DNA from: Guillardia theta CCMP2712
Lineage: Eukaryota; Protista; Cryptophyta
NCBI RefSeq assembly: GCF_000315625.1
Contig: NW_005434652.1
Location: forward strand, 634,091-698,090
Length of the DNA: 64,000 nt
Reading direction: 5' to 3'
Each line of letters opens with the position of its first letter. Position 1 is the first letter of the stretch. The notes under the pieces are model-generated. The model was given only the letters and a program-made list of their open reading frames with translations, had not been told where the DNA came from and did no database searches. The position numbers and the translations under genes are program-made. Below, piece by piece: positions 49,813 through 62,300 of the stretch.

Positions 49813-50769
49813 TCAGATTTTACAAAAATCCTCTTTAGCTTCAATTTTATTCACATTTGTTGAAAGTTGCCGTAGAAGAGATCCGTGTGGCATCAGAGGT
49901 ATACTTACTCTTTCCTTGAAGATAGCTTGTCCACAATGTTCTTCTTGACCCATGGCCTGGACCGTTGCATAAGTGATCAAAGGCAAAAAAGAAACAATAT
50001 GAGACTGATCATGTCTCACGTGATCGCAAGTGCAGCACCGAGTCGAACAGGAAGGAAAAACCTTGCAGCTGTCCAGAAGCCTAGAGCAGTGACTGCTACT
50101 TTGGTGGCACCGACTGGGAATAGAATCAAAGTAGGAGATATCCATTCACCAGTAGTCTAGAATAACAATAAGAATCAAATCATAACATCGCATCCCTGCA
50201 TGATGACGTACCTGGTGATACGCATAAACGATTACTGTCGAATCATCTAGACTATCAGAACAGCGAATCCATAACAGAGAAACAGTAACTGACCAGGGAT
50301 ATACAGCGCCCAAAATATTCCACCGACTATGATGATGGATATGATCCCGGCAGGACCGTATCCTTTGACCGTTGCATATAGCTCATCCTACAAGTAGCTC
50401 AATGAACATGTTTCACACATTGAACAAAAACCTTTTGCATCGCAAAAAGCTCGTTCCAGGAAATTTTCTTTTCTGAACCTTCTGTTGCGGTGCCTATTGT
50501 TTGTTGTTTGCTCTGCTCCAGCTTCTCCTGTCTTGTATCTTCTGCAGTGTTGAGCATGATTGTTGATCTCGGGACCCGCAGCTGCGACGATGAGCGCCTA
50601 GAATGAGGCCAACCTTGGAAGGAGAGGAGCTTTGAGGCGTGAACCGTATCATTCCTGGTGTTGATGTGAAGCCTGTCGACACGTGTATCTCCAAGAGGAG
50701 CATCACAACCACCGCTCCCATCTGCGCTCCTGGCATCTCCTGTCCCATCAGCTGTCCCATCTCCTCATG
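49813..50769 (-). CDS. Small membrane protein, DUF1279/FAM210-like, with bipartite (signal + F-start transit) presequence
   Basis: MGAVVVMLLLEIHVSTG|FTSTPG presequence; KGYGPAGIISIIIV; PVRLGAALAITPWV. Confidence 0.6.
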
Positions 50770-51886
50770 CATCTCCTTATATCTTACTCCTGTCACCCAG
50801 CATGTGCGGAACCCGCCGGGCCAGGAGTACAGTGACTACCTAGTACCGTAGTACGAGGCTTGACTCGGACGGCGAACGGTCACCGTAACTGTAACGCGTT
50901 CCGGCGGGATCGGACCGTACCGAGTACTTCGGTCCCGGGCCCGACCGTACTAGGGAGTGTACCCGGGCCCGGGACCTGTCGTGGCGAACTTATGATGATC
51001 GGAGTACTACTGTGGCAACTTTGTAACTTGACCTATTTTACTATGGCAAGTATATTCTTGAAACTCTAGCAGGCCTGAAGAATGTGTATGGGATGAATGG
51101 ATTGCTGATTCAGTGCTGGGGGAGATATGACTCAGGTCTGAGGATCTCTCTTGACTAGCCCTCAGCTCTCGCCCTGCTGTGAGCTTGCTGGATGTCTTTC
51201 GCATCAAGATAGCTGGGCTCCACGTAGGCGTGATAATGTTGACAATGACTTGATGAAGCTGGAAAGATGAAGAGCTTACGGCACAGATAACTCTCATTAT
51301 CAGCTTTTGTTCCAAACAATCACCACCCACAGCAGTTTCTGTCTTCTAGTCTCACATACTGTAGCAATTCAGTTTTGAGTTTGTATTATATGTTTCAAGT
51401 GCAATCGGTCTTGGACTTTAAGCCTCCATGATGCAAGCTGCTGCTACCATTGCTCCCTCTACAACGCTGTCTTACTTCTTTGCTCCCTCCATCCTCCGTC
51501 CTAGTTTCAGTCCTGGTAGGAAGAGGCATCAGGCTCACTCATCACTTGTGCCAGTAGTGACCCTCCCCCTTCCTCCCTGGCTCCCTCCCCGCCCTTCTTT
51601 CCCTCCCTCCTCCTCCCTCCCCTCCCCTCCCCTTCCGTCCTCCCTCCCTCCCTTGCTCCCTCCCTCCCTCTCCCCCCCACCTTCCCCTCCCCTCCCCTCC
51701 CTCCCTCCCTCGCTTGCTCGCTCGCTCGCTCCCCTCCCTCCCTCTTACGGGAGTCGCTCGCTCCACCCCCGCCTGCCTTGCATTCCTCCCCGCCATCTTG
51801 AGCGCAATTGTAAAGCGATTCAGCCGGGAGCGGCCCGACTCGCGGAGGGTTGCAATGAAGGCCTTCCGACCGCAGTGAGGGAGGGG

Positions 51887-53912
51887 ATGGCGAGCGAGGG
51901 CGATCGCGGCGCTGCGGGAGGAAGGGAGGGAGAGCTCAATGCTCTCATGCGCGCGAGAGAAGCTGCAGGTCCAGGCAGCGAGGCAGGAAGGATCTTTCGA
52001 GTCTCCTCAGCACCACAGAACAACTCCACACCATGGCAATCGGCACCAAACTTCAGCAACGAGTGTCCCGACGATCGCGATGGCAGACAGAGAAGAAACT
52101 CTCTCAACATCAAGAAGTTTCGAAGAGCAGAGCTAGAGGTGCTCTCGTTTGCTCCCTGCTCCGCGTGTCACCATCTGTTTGCAGGTTGCAGAGAGGATAG
52201 GGAAGGGCGCATATGGTGGAGTTTGGCAGGCAACAGTGTTGGACACTAAAGAAGAAGTTGTTGTGAAAGTCGTCTGGCCTGATGCAGATCTTGACCCCGA
52301 GGACGCAAAGACAGAGAGCCCGGTAACCTTCAATCATGCGAGTTTGCAACTGTTCTGGTTGACGACTGCCATAGGGAAAGTTGAGAAGAGAAGCTTTCAA
52401 GGTGAGATAGGCTGCTTAGATGTGCTGCTCTGAAGGATGATCAGCGAGAGATCGCAATGATGAAACTTGTTGGAAGTCATCCAAACATTGTTTCCATGCT
52501 TGGCGCCACTGCAGATTCAACTGTGATTGTGTTTGAAGAAGCCCTGACAGATCTGCACGTCATCATCAAGAAGCAACAGTAAGCCTTGTGGACACTGACA
52601 GCAAACAATTGACACGTTCCTCTTTTGCAGGCGCAATTTGAGTTTCCAGATGATACTCAAGTGCACAACTGACATTCTCAAAGGAGTCGAGTATCTCCAT
52701 TCGATAAGGGTGGTTCATCGCGATTTGAAACCTGCAAACATCCTTGTTTTCAAAGACTTAACTGTTAAGATTGGAGACTTTGGCCTGGCACGAGAGTTTG
52801 TAAACGACAAGATGGTAGTGAGAGATGAAGTATCGACGCTGTGGTATCGGGCACCAGAGCTGATCATGGGAGCCGAGTCTTACTCATCCAAGATTGATGA
52901 ATGGTCAGTTGGGGTCATCGCTCTGGAGATGCTCAACGGTCAATGTCCTCTGATGGGCAAGGTAGACTACGGATGCAAATGTTCGGAACCATCGCACTTC
53001 AACTACAACAGCGACCAACTCAAGAGGATCTTTCATCTGCTCGGCAGTCCAAGGAATCCGAAATACCTGCTGGGTTTGAACTGCTTGAGGCACTTCAAAG
53101 ATTGGCCCAAGCAGACGAGGACACTGGAGGAAGTCATCACAAGCCTCTGCCTCAAGAGAAGATTTCAGTCCAGCAAGGGGATTGAGGTCCAAGAGCAGCA
53201 GCTTGAGCATGTACGACAGCAGCTGAGGGGAGTCGTTGCACTGAAATCTGCTGTAGGTCAAACGAATCTTTGTCGAAACTCTCAGCGTGCTCCTCACGCT
53301 AGACCCTCACGACCGAATGCCGGCACATCAAGAACGTTCTTGCTTGGCAGCTTTTCCCTGCCTGACTCCTTGCGCAGGTTTTGCAGCTATCATGGTTCAG
53401 TTCTGTACATGTTACTCAGAGAGCAGACAACCATCTCACGTTGCCAAGTGATGAGGCTTCTGACAGCTCGCAATCAGCTCTGACTACCCTGCAAGACGAT
53501 GCGTGCAGAGAGAACCTGTCACCGTCGATGGTCTGCTGAGAGAGATGAAACGCGGTACCCTGACCTTGAAGTCTCAGGTCAGCCAAGACCTCAACCAAGT
53601 CGCAGGGGCGAGACGAAGAGAGACAGAGAGCTGGTGATTGCCTCTTCAGGTCTCTCTCGGTTGACCTGTTTCTCCAGCAACGCCTCCCTGCTGCACACCG
53701 AGTTTGACAAGATGGCTCTACACAGGTATGATGAGAGGACATGGAGGGTTGAAGAAACAATTGAGTGGTTGAGGGTCAGGCCGAGCGATCCGACGGATTC
53801 AGCAGATACAATTAAGCAGACCGCAGACACGCATTCTTCGAACATGCACAAGGTTGAACATCAGTACCAACCGTCACGTTCGTTGCGACTATCCTCCAAC
53901 ACTACTTTTTGA
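51887..53912 (+). CDS. CMGC Ser/Thr protein kinase, CDK-like
   Basis: IGKGAYGGVW, VVVK, REIAMMK...HPNIV, HRDLKPAN, DFGLAR and EVSTLWYRAPE. 3' end approximate. Confidence 0.92.
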
Positions 53913-54034
53913 AGAAAGAATTTCCCTTGTTTCATTAGAATGCTTCTACTTCAAGTAAATCAATGAGATTTATCAACTAAAAGGACTGTGACATGCGAGG
54001 ACATCAAGTCGAAGTGAATCACAACTCCCTCTCA

Positions 54035-56277
54035 CTAGACAGACACCAGAAGTCGTTTCATCATTCTTGATTGGGTGTCAGTTGCCATTTTCTGTTCGTC
54101 GACAATCGCAGAATAAGTCAGTATGTGTGGTGATTTCGATGAATTCATACCTCATTGACAAGCTGCTTGACAAGGGAAATGAATTTCTTCTGTAAACACA
54201 ATCGTGAGAAACCTTGTATTGAAAACCTTGCAAGGACACATTCTTGCTTGCCAGACCCGCTCGAATCAACAAGAGAAAGAATACTTCCTGTAAAGATAGG
54301 TCACCTTCTCCAGCAAATAGCCAGTGAGATTTCACCCGTTGAGCATTGCTGCCACCTGTACGAAGAGAATGAGGTTGGCAGTGGACAAAGAGAAGGAAGT
54401 AGAAAGACCGATCATGTAGAGTTGGTAGCGAACTCTGAGAAGTTCATTCACGCAATCGTCAAACCGACAACTCCTGCCAAGAATTCAGATCAGACCAGAT
54501 CGGCATGATCCCGAGCAAACCTGTATGCCAACACTGCACGAAGAAGGGGAATGCACACATTACGAAGATTGACAAGCGATCTGCAACAGAAGTCAGCAGC
54601 ACAATCACTGAACATCTACTCCTTACGCTCGAGAATCATCCTTCCTATCAAGGCAAAATTTCTCCCAAGCAGCAAGTGTCTCCCTTTGAATGACGAGATT
54701 GCCACTGGTGCAACTCGTCATTACTGCCGCATGAACTGAACAGCGTCACCTCGCTCCGACAGCCAGCGCGATGTGAGCATCGTTGAAGGCAAGTCTGTGA
54801 TCCCCGGCATGCTTCATCCACTCCAAGCAGTCGTCACATGCTCCCCTCAGACCTCCGGCATAGCAGCGGCTTACCAGCGGCCAAACTGCTTCCCAACGAT
54901 TGCCCACTTGAAACCCTTCGAATTCTAATCGCTGTGTCAAACGTCAGTGAAGAGCTGGCAGCAATACACGATTACTTGTAGCAGTTGAGAGCAGTCTACG
55001 AGCGCAAAAACCCCAAGAGATTCTATATTCGATGCTTGAAACACATTATGACTGAACAAGTCACGAATGAACTCAGTACCTATTTGCATATCGTACACGC
55101 TCAAGGCTTGATCATATTGGCCTGGAACCAAATAGCTAGAATCAGCTGTTAGAGGAAAGGAACAAAAACGATACCAAGATCAACATAGCATAGCGCTAGA
55201 TGCCAACTGATGTGACACCTGTTGGAAATTCATTCTTCATTGAGCGCGAGAGTAACATGCTCAATTCCTCAAGTTGGAATCTTGCCAATGCTCTTTGCTC
55301 TCTTCAAGGAGTTTGATCATCTCCTCCGCCTTCCCCTACAGCTCAAGATAAGAAGGCACATCTGCATGTCAAACCAGTTTCATCCACCTGCATCTCCAAC
55401 GTATGCGCCATCGCATGAATCGCCCACACGTCTTTCGAGTTTTTCCTGCAGGCTGCGGATCAGCAACAGCTCAGCATTGTCTTCACGTGAAGTTACTGCA
55501 AGGCTCTTTGAGCGTACTGCTGCGCCTGCGATCGACGTCACTTCACCCTTGCAAGGCCTCGCAAGTCAGTTCGACCTTGTCGTAGTCGAACGCCTCTTCT
55601 AGCACAAAAGCATACATCCCCAGCATGTACCCGTAAAACCGCGTCTCGTCATCAAGGTCAGGCAGGCATCGAGCCACTCCATCCCTCATGCGGAAGTTCT
55701 GCCCAGTGAAGTAACAAAGATCATTCTGAAGCTTCAAGCCCATCGCATCCGACGGGTACTGTAACAGATAATCTTCAACAAGAAGCAGTGATTCTTCAAA
55801 CTTCCCCTCACTCAATTCTTTCAGGCAGGTGAAGAGGAGGATTTCTCGTTCACTATGAGCTCGTTCACTTAGCGCCTTCTCTGCCTTGCCTATGGTTTCA
55901 ATGATCACAGGATCGTCCTCCCCCGCTGAAGACCCCAGGTACTTGAGCCACAGCATGATGCAGTAGGGAACCACACAGCATGGATCAGCCTCTGAAGACA
56001 ACACTGCAGTCTGGTAAGGATCTCCGAACCATCCGATCACTTGCTCTATCGACAAGTCGATCAGTCTCGCTGCATCGTCGCTGCAGGATGATAAGGTCAA
56101 CCCGCACGAATTCCAGCCTTGCACATCCCTCCTTCCCTTTAGCTGAGCGCGGCCGTTGCCGGAATGCAGCGGAAGGACGTCGGTCGAGTGTTCGATGAGC
56201 CTCCGAGGCTTCTTCGCTGCCGTCTCCTCCTCTCTCCCGCCCATCTCCTCCGCCTCCTCCCGCTCTTTCGTGGGCAT
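54035..56277 (-). CDS. TTC38: Tetratricopeptide repeat protein 38
   Basis: RDVQGW...GLTLS..S..AARL.D, YPSDAMGLK, RMRDGVARCLP, Y..GMYAFVLEE, ALVDCSQLL and FNDAHI. Confidence 0.88.
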
Positions 56278-56616
56278 GGCCAAGGGTTCAACTACGACCT
56301 TCAGTGGTCAGCCTGTGAGTAAGCCTAACTAAACCAACAGAACAAGCCTAGCTAAACCAACAGAACAAGCCTAGCTAAACCAACAGACTCGTGACAAGCC
56401 TAGCTAAACCAACAGAACAACTAACAAAACACTGAGCCTAGCTAAACCAACAGAACAAGCCTGACTAAACCAGACTAAACCACAAACAAGCCTAGCTAAA
56501 CCAACAAAACAAGCCTAGCTAAACCAACAGAACAAGCCTAGCTAAACCAACAGAACAAGCCTAGCTAAACCAACAGAACAAGCCTAGCTAAACCAACAGA
56601 ACAAGCCTAGCTAAAC

Positions 56617-58140
56617 TGATGGAACGTATGCCAGCCGTGCCAGTCAGATAGCGCCGAGTTAACAAAAACTCTCCTGTAAACCAAGACGACTTACGTGTTT
56701 GCGAGGCGGCCAATGTAGCGTGTGTGGACGAAGAGGCGTCTTGCTAAGGTCCTCTCATGTCTGGATGCTTGGGTTTCACATCCTAGCATACAGTCTATCT
56801 CTCATGTGCTCCTCAATTCTGGATTTGTGTGCATTAAACTCGGTCTTGAGCAAAAACTGTCTTGTTACAACTAAGGTCGATGTGAGATCTGCGTGACTTT
56901 GGACTAGTACAAGTCTAACAAACTTGTATTCCGTCGGTTATGAGCCTCGATTACATGCTCAATCATGTTGATCTTATATTTGGTTAGTTGAATTGTTTAC
57001 TGGAGTTTTTTCTTTCTTGGTATTGTTTTCCCGTTGCTGTTGAAAATTCATGCAAATTCTATCAAGCTGTACACATTCGGATGACTCCTCTCTTCAATCA
57101 GGCTCTCTTTCTAGCCGCAAGTTGTTTAGGCCTATCTCAGCCTCAATTTGTTTGATTGATCTTCGAATAGGAAAAACAAGCCTTTCCCCAGCCAGATTGG
57201 TCGGTCGAATATCTGCTTAACCGTGTGGAAACGCACTTGAAGCTGATTCGATTTTAATCTTCTTGATCTTTGAGTAGGATCAAATGGAACTACCAGGAGA
57301 TCTGGCGGAAGTTTTCATGTCATGGAGCTAGGCTGTGGCATGCATAACTGGAGCTACTTCTGGATCGGCGAACAAGGTACAACTGCACAACAATCTTCGA
57401 ATGCCTTGAAACGGATGTTCCATCTCGCGGCAGCAATCTCTGGTCACAAGTTCTTTACGGTTCAAAATTTATCTTTTGGTCTTCAAATGCCGGCGGGCAC
57501 GCTCTCTCTCTCTCTCTCTCTGTTATCTGAACTCCGAAGTTCTCTCCTCAGACTCTCTTATCTTATCCTCCTTCTCTCGTCATTGCATCAGCTCGCCAGG
57601 CATCTCCCTTATCTCTGCACTAGCCCTGCATGAAATTCTTCTTCAGAATGGACAATCCTTGAATGGTTATTGCCCACTCAGCATGACTGTGAACTTGACG
57701 TTGTATCATCGTATCTTGACTTGGAACTCTGCTGACATTCTCTTCAAGCTTGTTTGTGTGACTTTCTGACGTCCGATGTAACGTACTATTTCAGAAACTC
57801 GGGGGGAGGATGGAACGTATGCCAGCCGTGCCAGTCAGATAGCGCCGAGTTAACAAAAACTCTCCTGTAAACCAAGACGACTTACGTGTTTGCGAGGCGG
57901 CCAATGTAGCGTGTGTGGACGAAGAGGGGGCTTTCCTAGCCGTCTTGCTAAGGTCCTCTCATGTCTGGATGCTTGGGTTTCACATCCTAGCATACAGTCT
58001 ATCTCTCATGTGCTCCTCAATTCTGGATTTGTGTGCATTAAACTCGGTCTTGAGCAAAAACTGTCTTGTTACAACTAAGGTCGATGTGAGATCTGCGTGA
58101 CTTTGGACTAGTACAAGTCTAACAAACTTGTATTCCGTCT
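56617..58140 (+). mobile_element. Non-autonomous (internally deleted) Ty1/copia-type LTR retrotransposon, 1524 bp
   Basis: LTRs at 56617-56935 and ~57809-58140 are identical except a 13-bp indel. PBS GGTTATGAGCC at 56936-56946, PPT GGGGGGAG at 57801-57808, and 5-bp TSD TAAAC (56612-56616 and 58141-58145). An RNase H-like remnant (YCPL.M...ADIL.K) lies at ~57640-57750. Confidence 0.9.
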
Positions 58141-58354
58141 TAAACCAACAGAACAAGCCTAGCTAAACCAACTAGCTAAACCAACAAAACAAGCCTAGCT
58201 AAAACAACAGAACAAGCCTAGCTAAACCAACAAAACAAGCCTAGCTAAACCAACAAAGCCTAGCTAAACCAACAGAACAAGCCTAGCTAAACCAACAAAA
58301 CAAGCCTAGCTAAACCCGGTCAACAAAACAAGCCTAGTTAAACCGTTGAAACCG

Positions 58355-58500
58355 TAAAACTATCCTGTAAACCAAGACAGGACCTTCCTAGCCGTCTTGC
58401 TGAGACGGTGCTCCAGGCTGTGGCATGACGGTCTGGATGCTTGGGTTTTACATCCTAGCATGCAGCCTCTATCTCTCAGTGTGCTCCTCAACTTCTGCTT
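58355..58500 (+). mobile_element. Diverged fragment of the same LTR family within the satellite
   Basis: Shares CCTGTAAACCAAGAC, TTCCTAGCCGTCTTGCT, GTCTGGATGCTTGGGTTT-ACATCCTAGCAT and TGTGCTCCTCAA with the intact LTRs. Confidence 0.8.
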
Positions 58501-59010
58501 TCAAAACAAGCCTAACTAAACCAACAAAACAAGTCTAACCGTCTAAACCAACAAAACAAGCCGCTAACTAAACTAACAAAACAAGCCTAACTAAACCAAC
58601 AGAACAAGCCTAACTAAACCAACAGAACAAGCCTAACTAAACCAACAGAACAAGCATTCAACGAGGCGACCAAACGGCCGGGCCTCCCGGGAGTCCGTCA
58701 GTCTGTCTCAGTCCGGGGCCGGCCTGGGGGCCGGCGAGGCACTGCGGTACTAGCTTTCTGTCACGGCCTCGCCTCTGTTTCCACTTCAAGACAGTTGTCG
58801 ATATGTTGACAAGCACGAAGCTTAGGGGGGTAGGGTCATCAAGCACCGGTAGTTTCAGCCTCATTGCATAGGGTCTTTTATAACTTTGAACGGCTGTGGG
58901 TGGGTCAACGATACAACGACTTATCCTACAACCGAGCTGCGCTGCTAGAAAATGTTGAAGAATCAGCTCAAGACGCCACGAGGAGAAGACAAGCGAGGCA
59001 GAGAGACAAG

Positions 59011-59250
59011 CAAGGAAGAGAGACAGTGACACCAAGCTAAGAGTCGGTCACCACGAGTCAAGGAAGAGAGGCAGTGACACCCAGCTAAGAGTCGGTCACC
59101 ACGAGTCAAGGAAGAGAGGCAGTGACACCCAGCTAAGAGTCGGTCACCACGAGTCAAGGAAGAGAGACAGTGACACCAAGCTAAGAGTCGGTCACCACGA
59201 GTCAAGGAAGAGAGGCAGTGACACCCAGCTAAGAGTCGGTCACCACGAGT
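59011..59250. repeat. 48-bp minisatellite, 5 copies, two variant types (A-B-B-A-B)
   Basis: Unit CAAGGAAGAGAG(A/G)CAGTGACACC(A/C)AGCTAAGAGTCGGTCACCACGAGT. Confidence 0.92.
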
Positions 59251-59342
59251 CACGACGGCGTCACTGGGAGTTTGTACGAGCGAGGTCATGTCACCCTTTC
59301 ATTGATTGCAGGTTACCTGATATCACCTTGGATTCCCTTACG

Positions 59343-62300
59343 ATGCGCAAGCTTGCTTTAACCTGCATCGTTGTCATTCTCGCGGCAAGGTTTTATTCTT
59401 CGATAGGCTGTCCAGTCTTCAGTCAAAGCGGGGATTGGACTTACGGCCTCCTGGCGTCAAACTACAACATTTCGGCATCTGATACAGCCACTGGAATTGA
59501 ATCTGGATATCTTGTGATCTTGGGAGAAAGCTTCAAAAGCCCGGAGATCGTAGATCAAGTGTTATCTTCAGGATCTCTTGAAGTAGATGTTTATTGCGCC
59601 CAGGTTGCTGGAGCAGGATGTGACGGTGATGAGACGTCAGGTGTTGGGGTATGGGGCAACGAATCTCAATGTCTGGGCTGCGTGGGTGAGGTACAAGTCG
59701 AAGTGACAGGAATAGGTGAGTGGTACATCGGGTCGTCCAACTGCAGTGGGTGCAGCTGCAACGGATCTGGTGTTCCGTTTGTTGACGGGGTTGAAGCCCA
59801 GGGGTTGTGGAGCCCTCAGGGTTCTTGCAACGACCAGATAGCACGAGGAAACTGCTCGTGTACAGCATGGGACGGTGTCGCAATCACTCCCTCAGGGAGG
59901 TTCTATCCTGTCGGCAACTGCAGCGGAGGTGACCGAAGCTGCTCTTGCAATGAAACAGGCTATGCCATCACTCCGCAGACCATCTATGAAGTCCAAGGTG
60001 ATTCACCAGATTGTAACTGTTCTAGCGACGGAGTGCCTATCACTCCCCCAACGGTCTACAATGCTTCTGGAAACCACTCGGGCTGCAACTGTTCCGTGGA
60101 TGGAATCCCATACACACCGCCGTCAGAGAACAATGAGACATACTACTGTACTTGCATCGCAATCAACTACTCTTGCAGTTGTATCCCGAATCCTTGCAGC
60201 TGCGGTTGCCAACAGTATTCCTGTGGTTGTGATTGCGTCAAGACTTGTGACTGTCAGTGTGAAAGAAGGCAATGCGGATATGAAGTGTCCGCGGATGGAA
60301 AAAAGTTCATCGCGACCGGAGGAAATACTTGTTCTGTACGTGCGAAATGTGTTTCTAGCTCAAGCGGCAATCAGTTTCCAGGTGATTGTAGCTTTTTCTA
60401 AAAGTCATATTGGGGCACTAACATTGATCTTTGTTGTTAAAGGTTTCTACGACGGAAAGATCTATTCCACTTATGCCAACGGAATGCAGGCTTACTTGTT
60501 GCAAGATGGTTCGCTCCTGAACAGCACGTACTTGACAGGGGCTTCCCCAAGCTCCCTCGTCAATGGGAAGTTTTCCTTTGCAAATGTTGCTGTAACGAAA
60601 GCTGTATCATCAGCTTACCCATTCAATCTTACTTTTAAGACCGACAATGATGTGGTTCAGAAAACAACAGCGTCATCTTTCTTGGTGAGGCCTACACTTA
60701 TCAAGGTATATCAGACAGGGACCAGCTCATCACAACACTCGAGTGCTGATTATCTTGTGCAAGATGCAAACACTTACTTGGGAAACTACACTGTTGAGCT
60801 CTGGGGCTCAAATCGAATCGAGTACATTCACTCGAATGAAAATGTCGCGGTCAGTGCCTACTTGTGGACAGGATTAAAGGCTGGAAACATGGACTCATCG
60901 ACGTCTTCGGACCTCTCCTACAACCTTCAGAGCTTCTTGAGCGTCCAAGGCTCGACTGATCACACATCAGCAGTGACGATCAGCTCATTTCATGGCGTTT
61001 CAGCGAATTTCAAGTTATACATGAGCGGTCTTGCAGGGCTATACTTCCAGCTGGGATATGAGTTGTCGTTTCTCAACTATTCCTTTGCTGTGCGGACAAC
61101 AGGAACCTTTCAATTGAGCCCGGCCAAGATGGTTTTGAGTTACAGCGAGCAGTATGTCTTGTATGAATACAGTGAGTCAGATGTGAGAAATGTTCCATCC
61201 GTCGTGCATCTTGATGGAGCTAACAACGACACTGCGAACGTGGCTGGTCTTCCCGGCATCATCAACGTCAACCTCACTGATTCATCAGGTGCCACTCTTA
61301 CAGGCTCCAATTGTGACTCCTGCATGCTTGTTCGCCTGTTCAAGTGCCAGGACAGTTCACCTTCAGCTCAGTCTGCCCCGTACGACTACACTGTTCCTCC
61401 CTGTGCCTCTGTGGCCCAGGCCTACTGTGCGACTTATAAGTTAGGAAGTTGTTCTAGTAGTACAAGCTATTTGGGCACTTTGCAAGGTACGACGCTGGTG
61501 AGCGTTTCGGAAGGGAAAGCGACGTTCTCAGGCCTCATGGTGAAGTATGTGTTCGGAGCCGGCTATCGTCTGCGATTCGTCTTTGACTCCTCAAACTCTC
61601 TGTCGTACAGCGTTACTAGTCAGCATAGCACTGGAGTGCAAGACATGCCTGATCCTAAGTGGCAAGCAGCAGGAGTCAACAACAGCTTTTTCGTGCTGCC
61701 GACATTGTCTGTGACTCAAAGTCCTGGAGGGGAGGGACTCGATGTCGGGCTGCTCGGAGGTGACTTCACGCTAGGGACTCCTGACGGTGTTCCCTATGGC
61801 TTTGCGTTCAAGAATCAGCCCATCATCAAGGTCCTTGGAGACGGCTACACCTTTGACAGGAACTGGGGCAGGCATGGGCATGCCCCCTTGACAGCGATCA
61901 TCAAGTCAGATGCTTGCGGAGGAGGAGGGTGCGCCGGTCAGGGCCTTGTGCTCACCGGCTCCTCTTCTCCTGTCTCTCAAACTTACTTCTCTGCCGTTGC
62001 CCAGAGCCTGGCAGCCGGCAATGGCCCTTATTACGCCACGTTTGCTGACGAAACAGACCGCAACTACGGGGTTGAGTTGAAGTGGAGCGACAGCTTGCAA
62101 TTTGTTGGATTTCAATATCTGGACCTTCGGATTGACGGGGCTCTCAACGAGACAGTGCAGGTCGACTTGAAACTTTCTTTCCTCTGCGGCATCAGCACCT
62201 CCGACCCGACGGGGTACAACAAGCTCTTTGCTGTGGCGGACTCGAGCTTCTTTGATCTGTTCGGCCCTCCTGACTCTCCGTCCAACTTCAAAGTCTCCAA

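Larger units (their letters stand above)
56320..58656. repeat. 23-bp satellite array (AAGCCTAGCTAAACCAACAGAAC) interrupted by LTR element(s)
   Basis: Units at 56320-56616 and 58141-58656, with point variants and partial units. Confidence 0.95.

Noticed and set aside
56320-58656. CRISPR-like appearance of the 23-bp repeats (also the 24-, 25- and 48-bp arrays)
   Set aside because: Units are head-to-tail with no regular unique spacers, there are no cas genes, and the context is eukaryotic.
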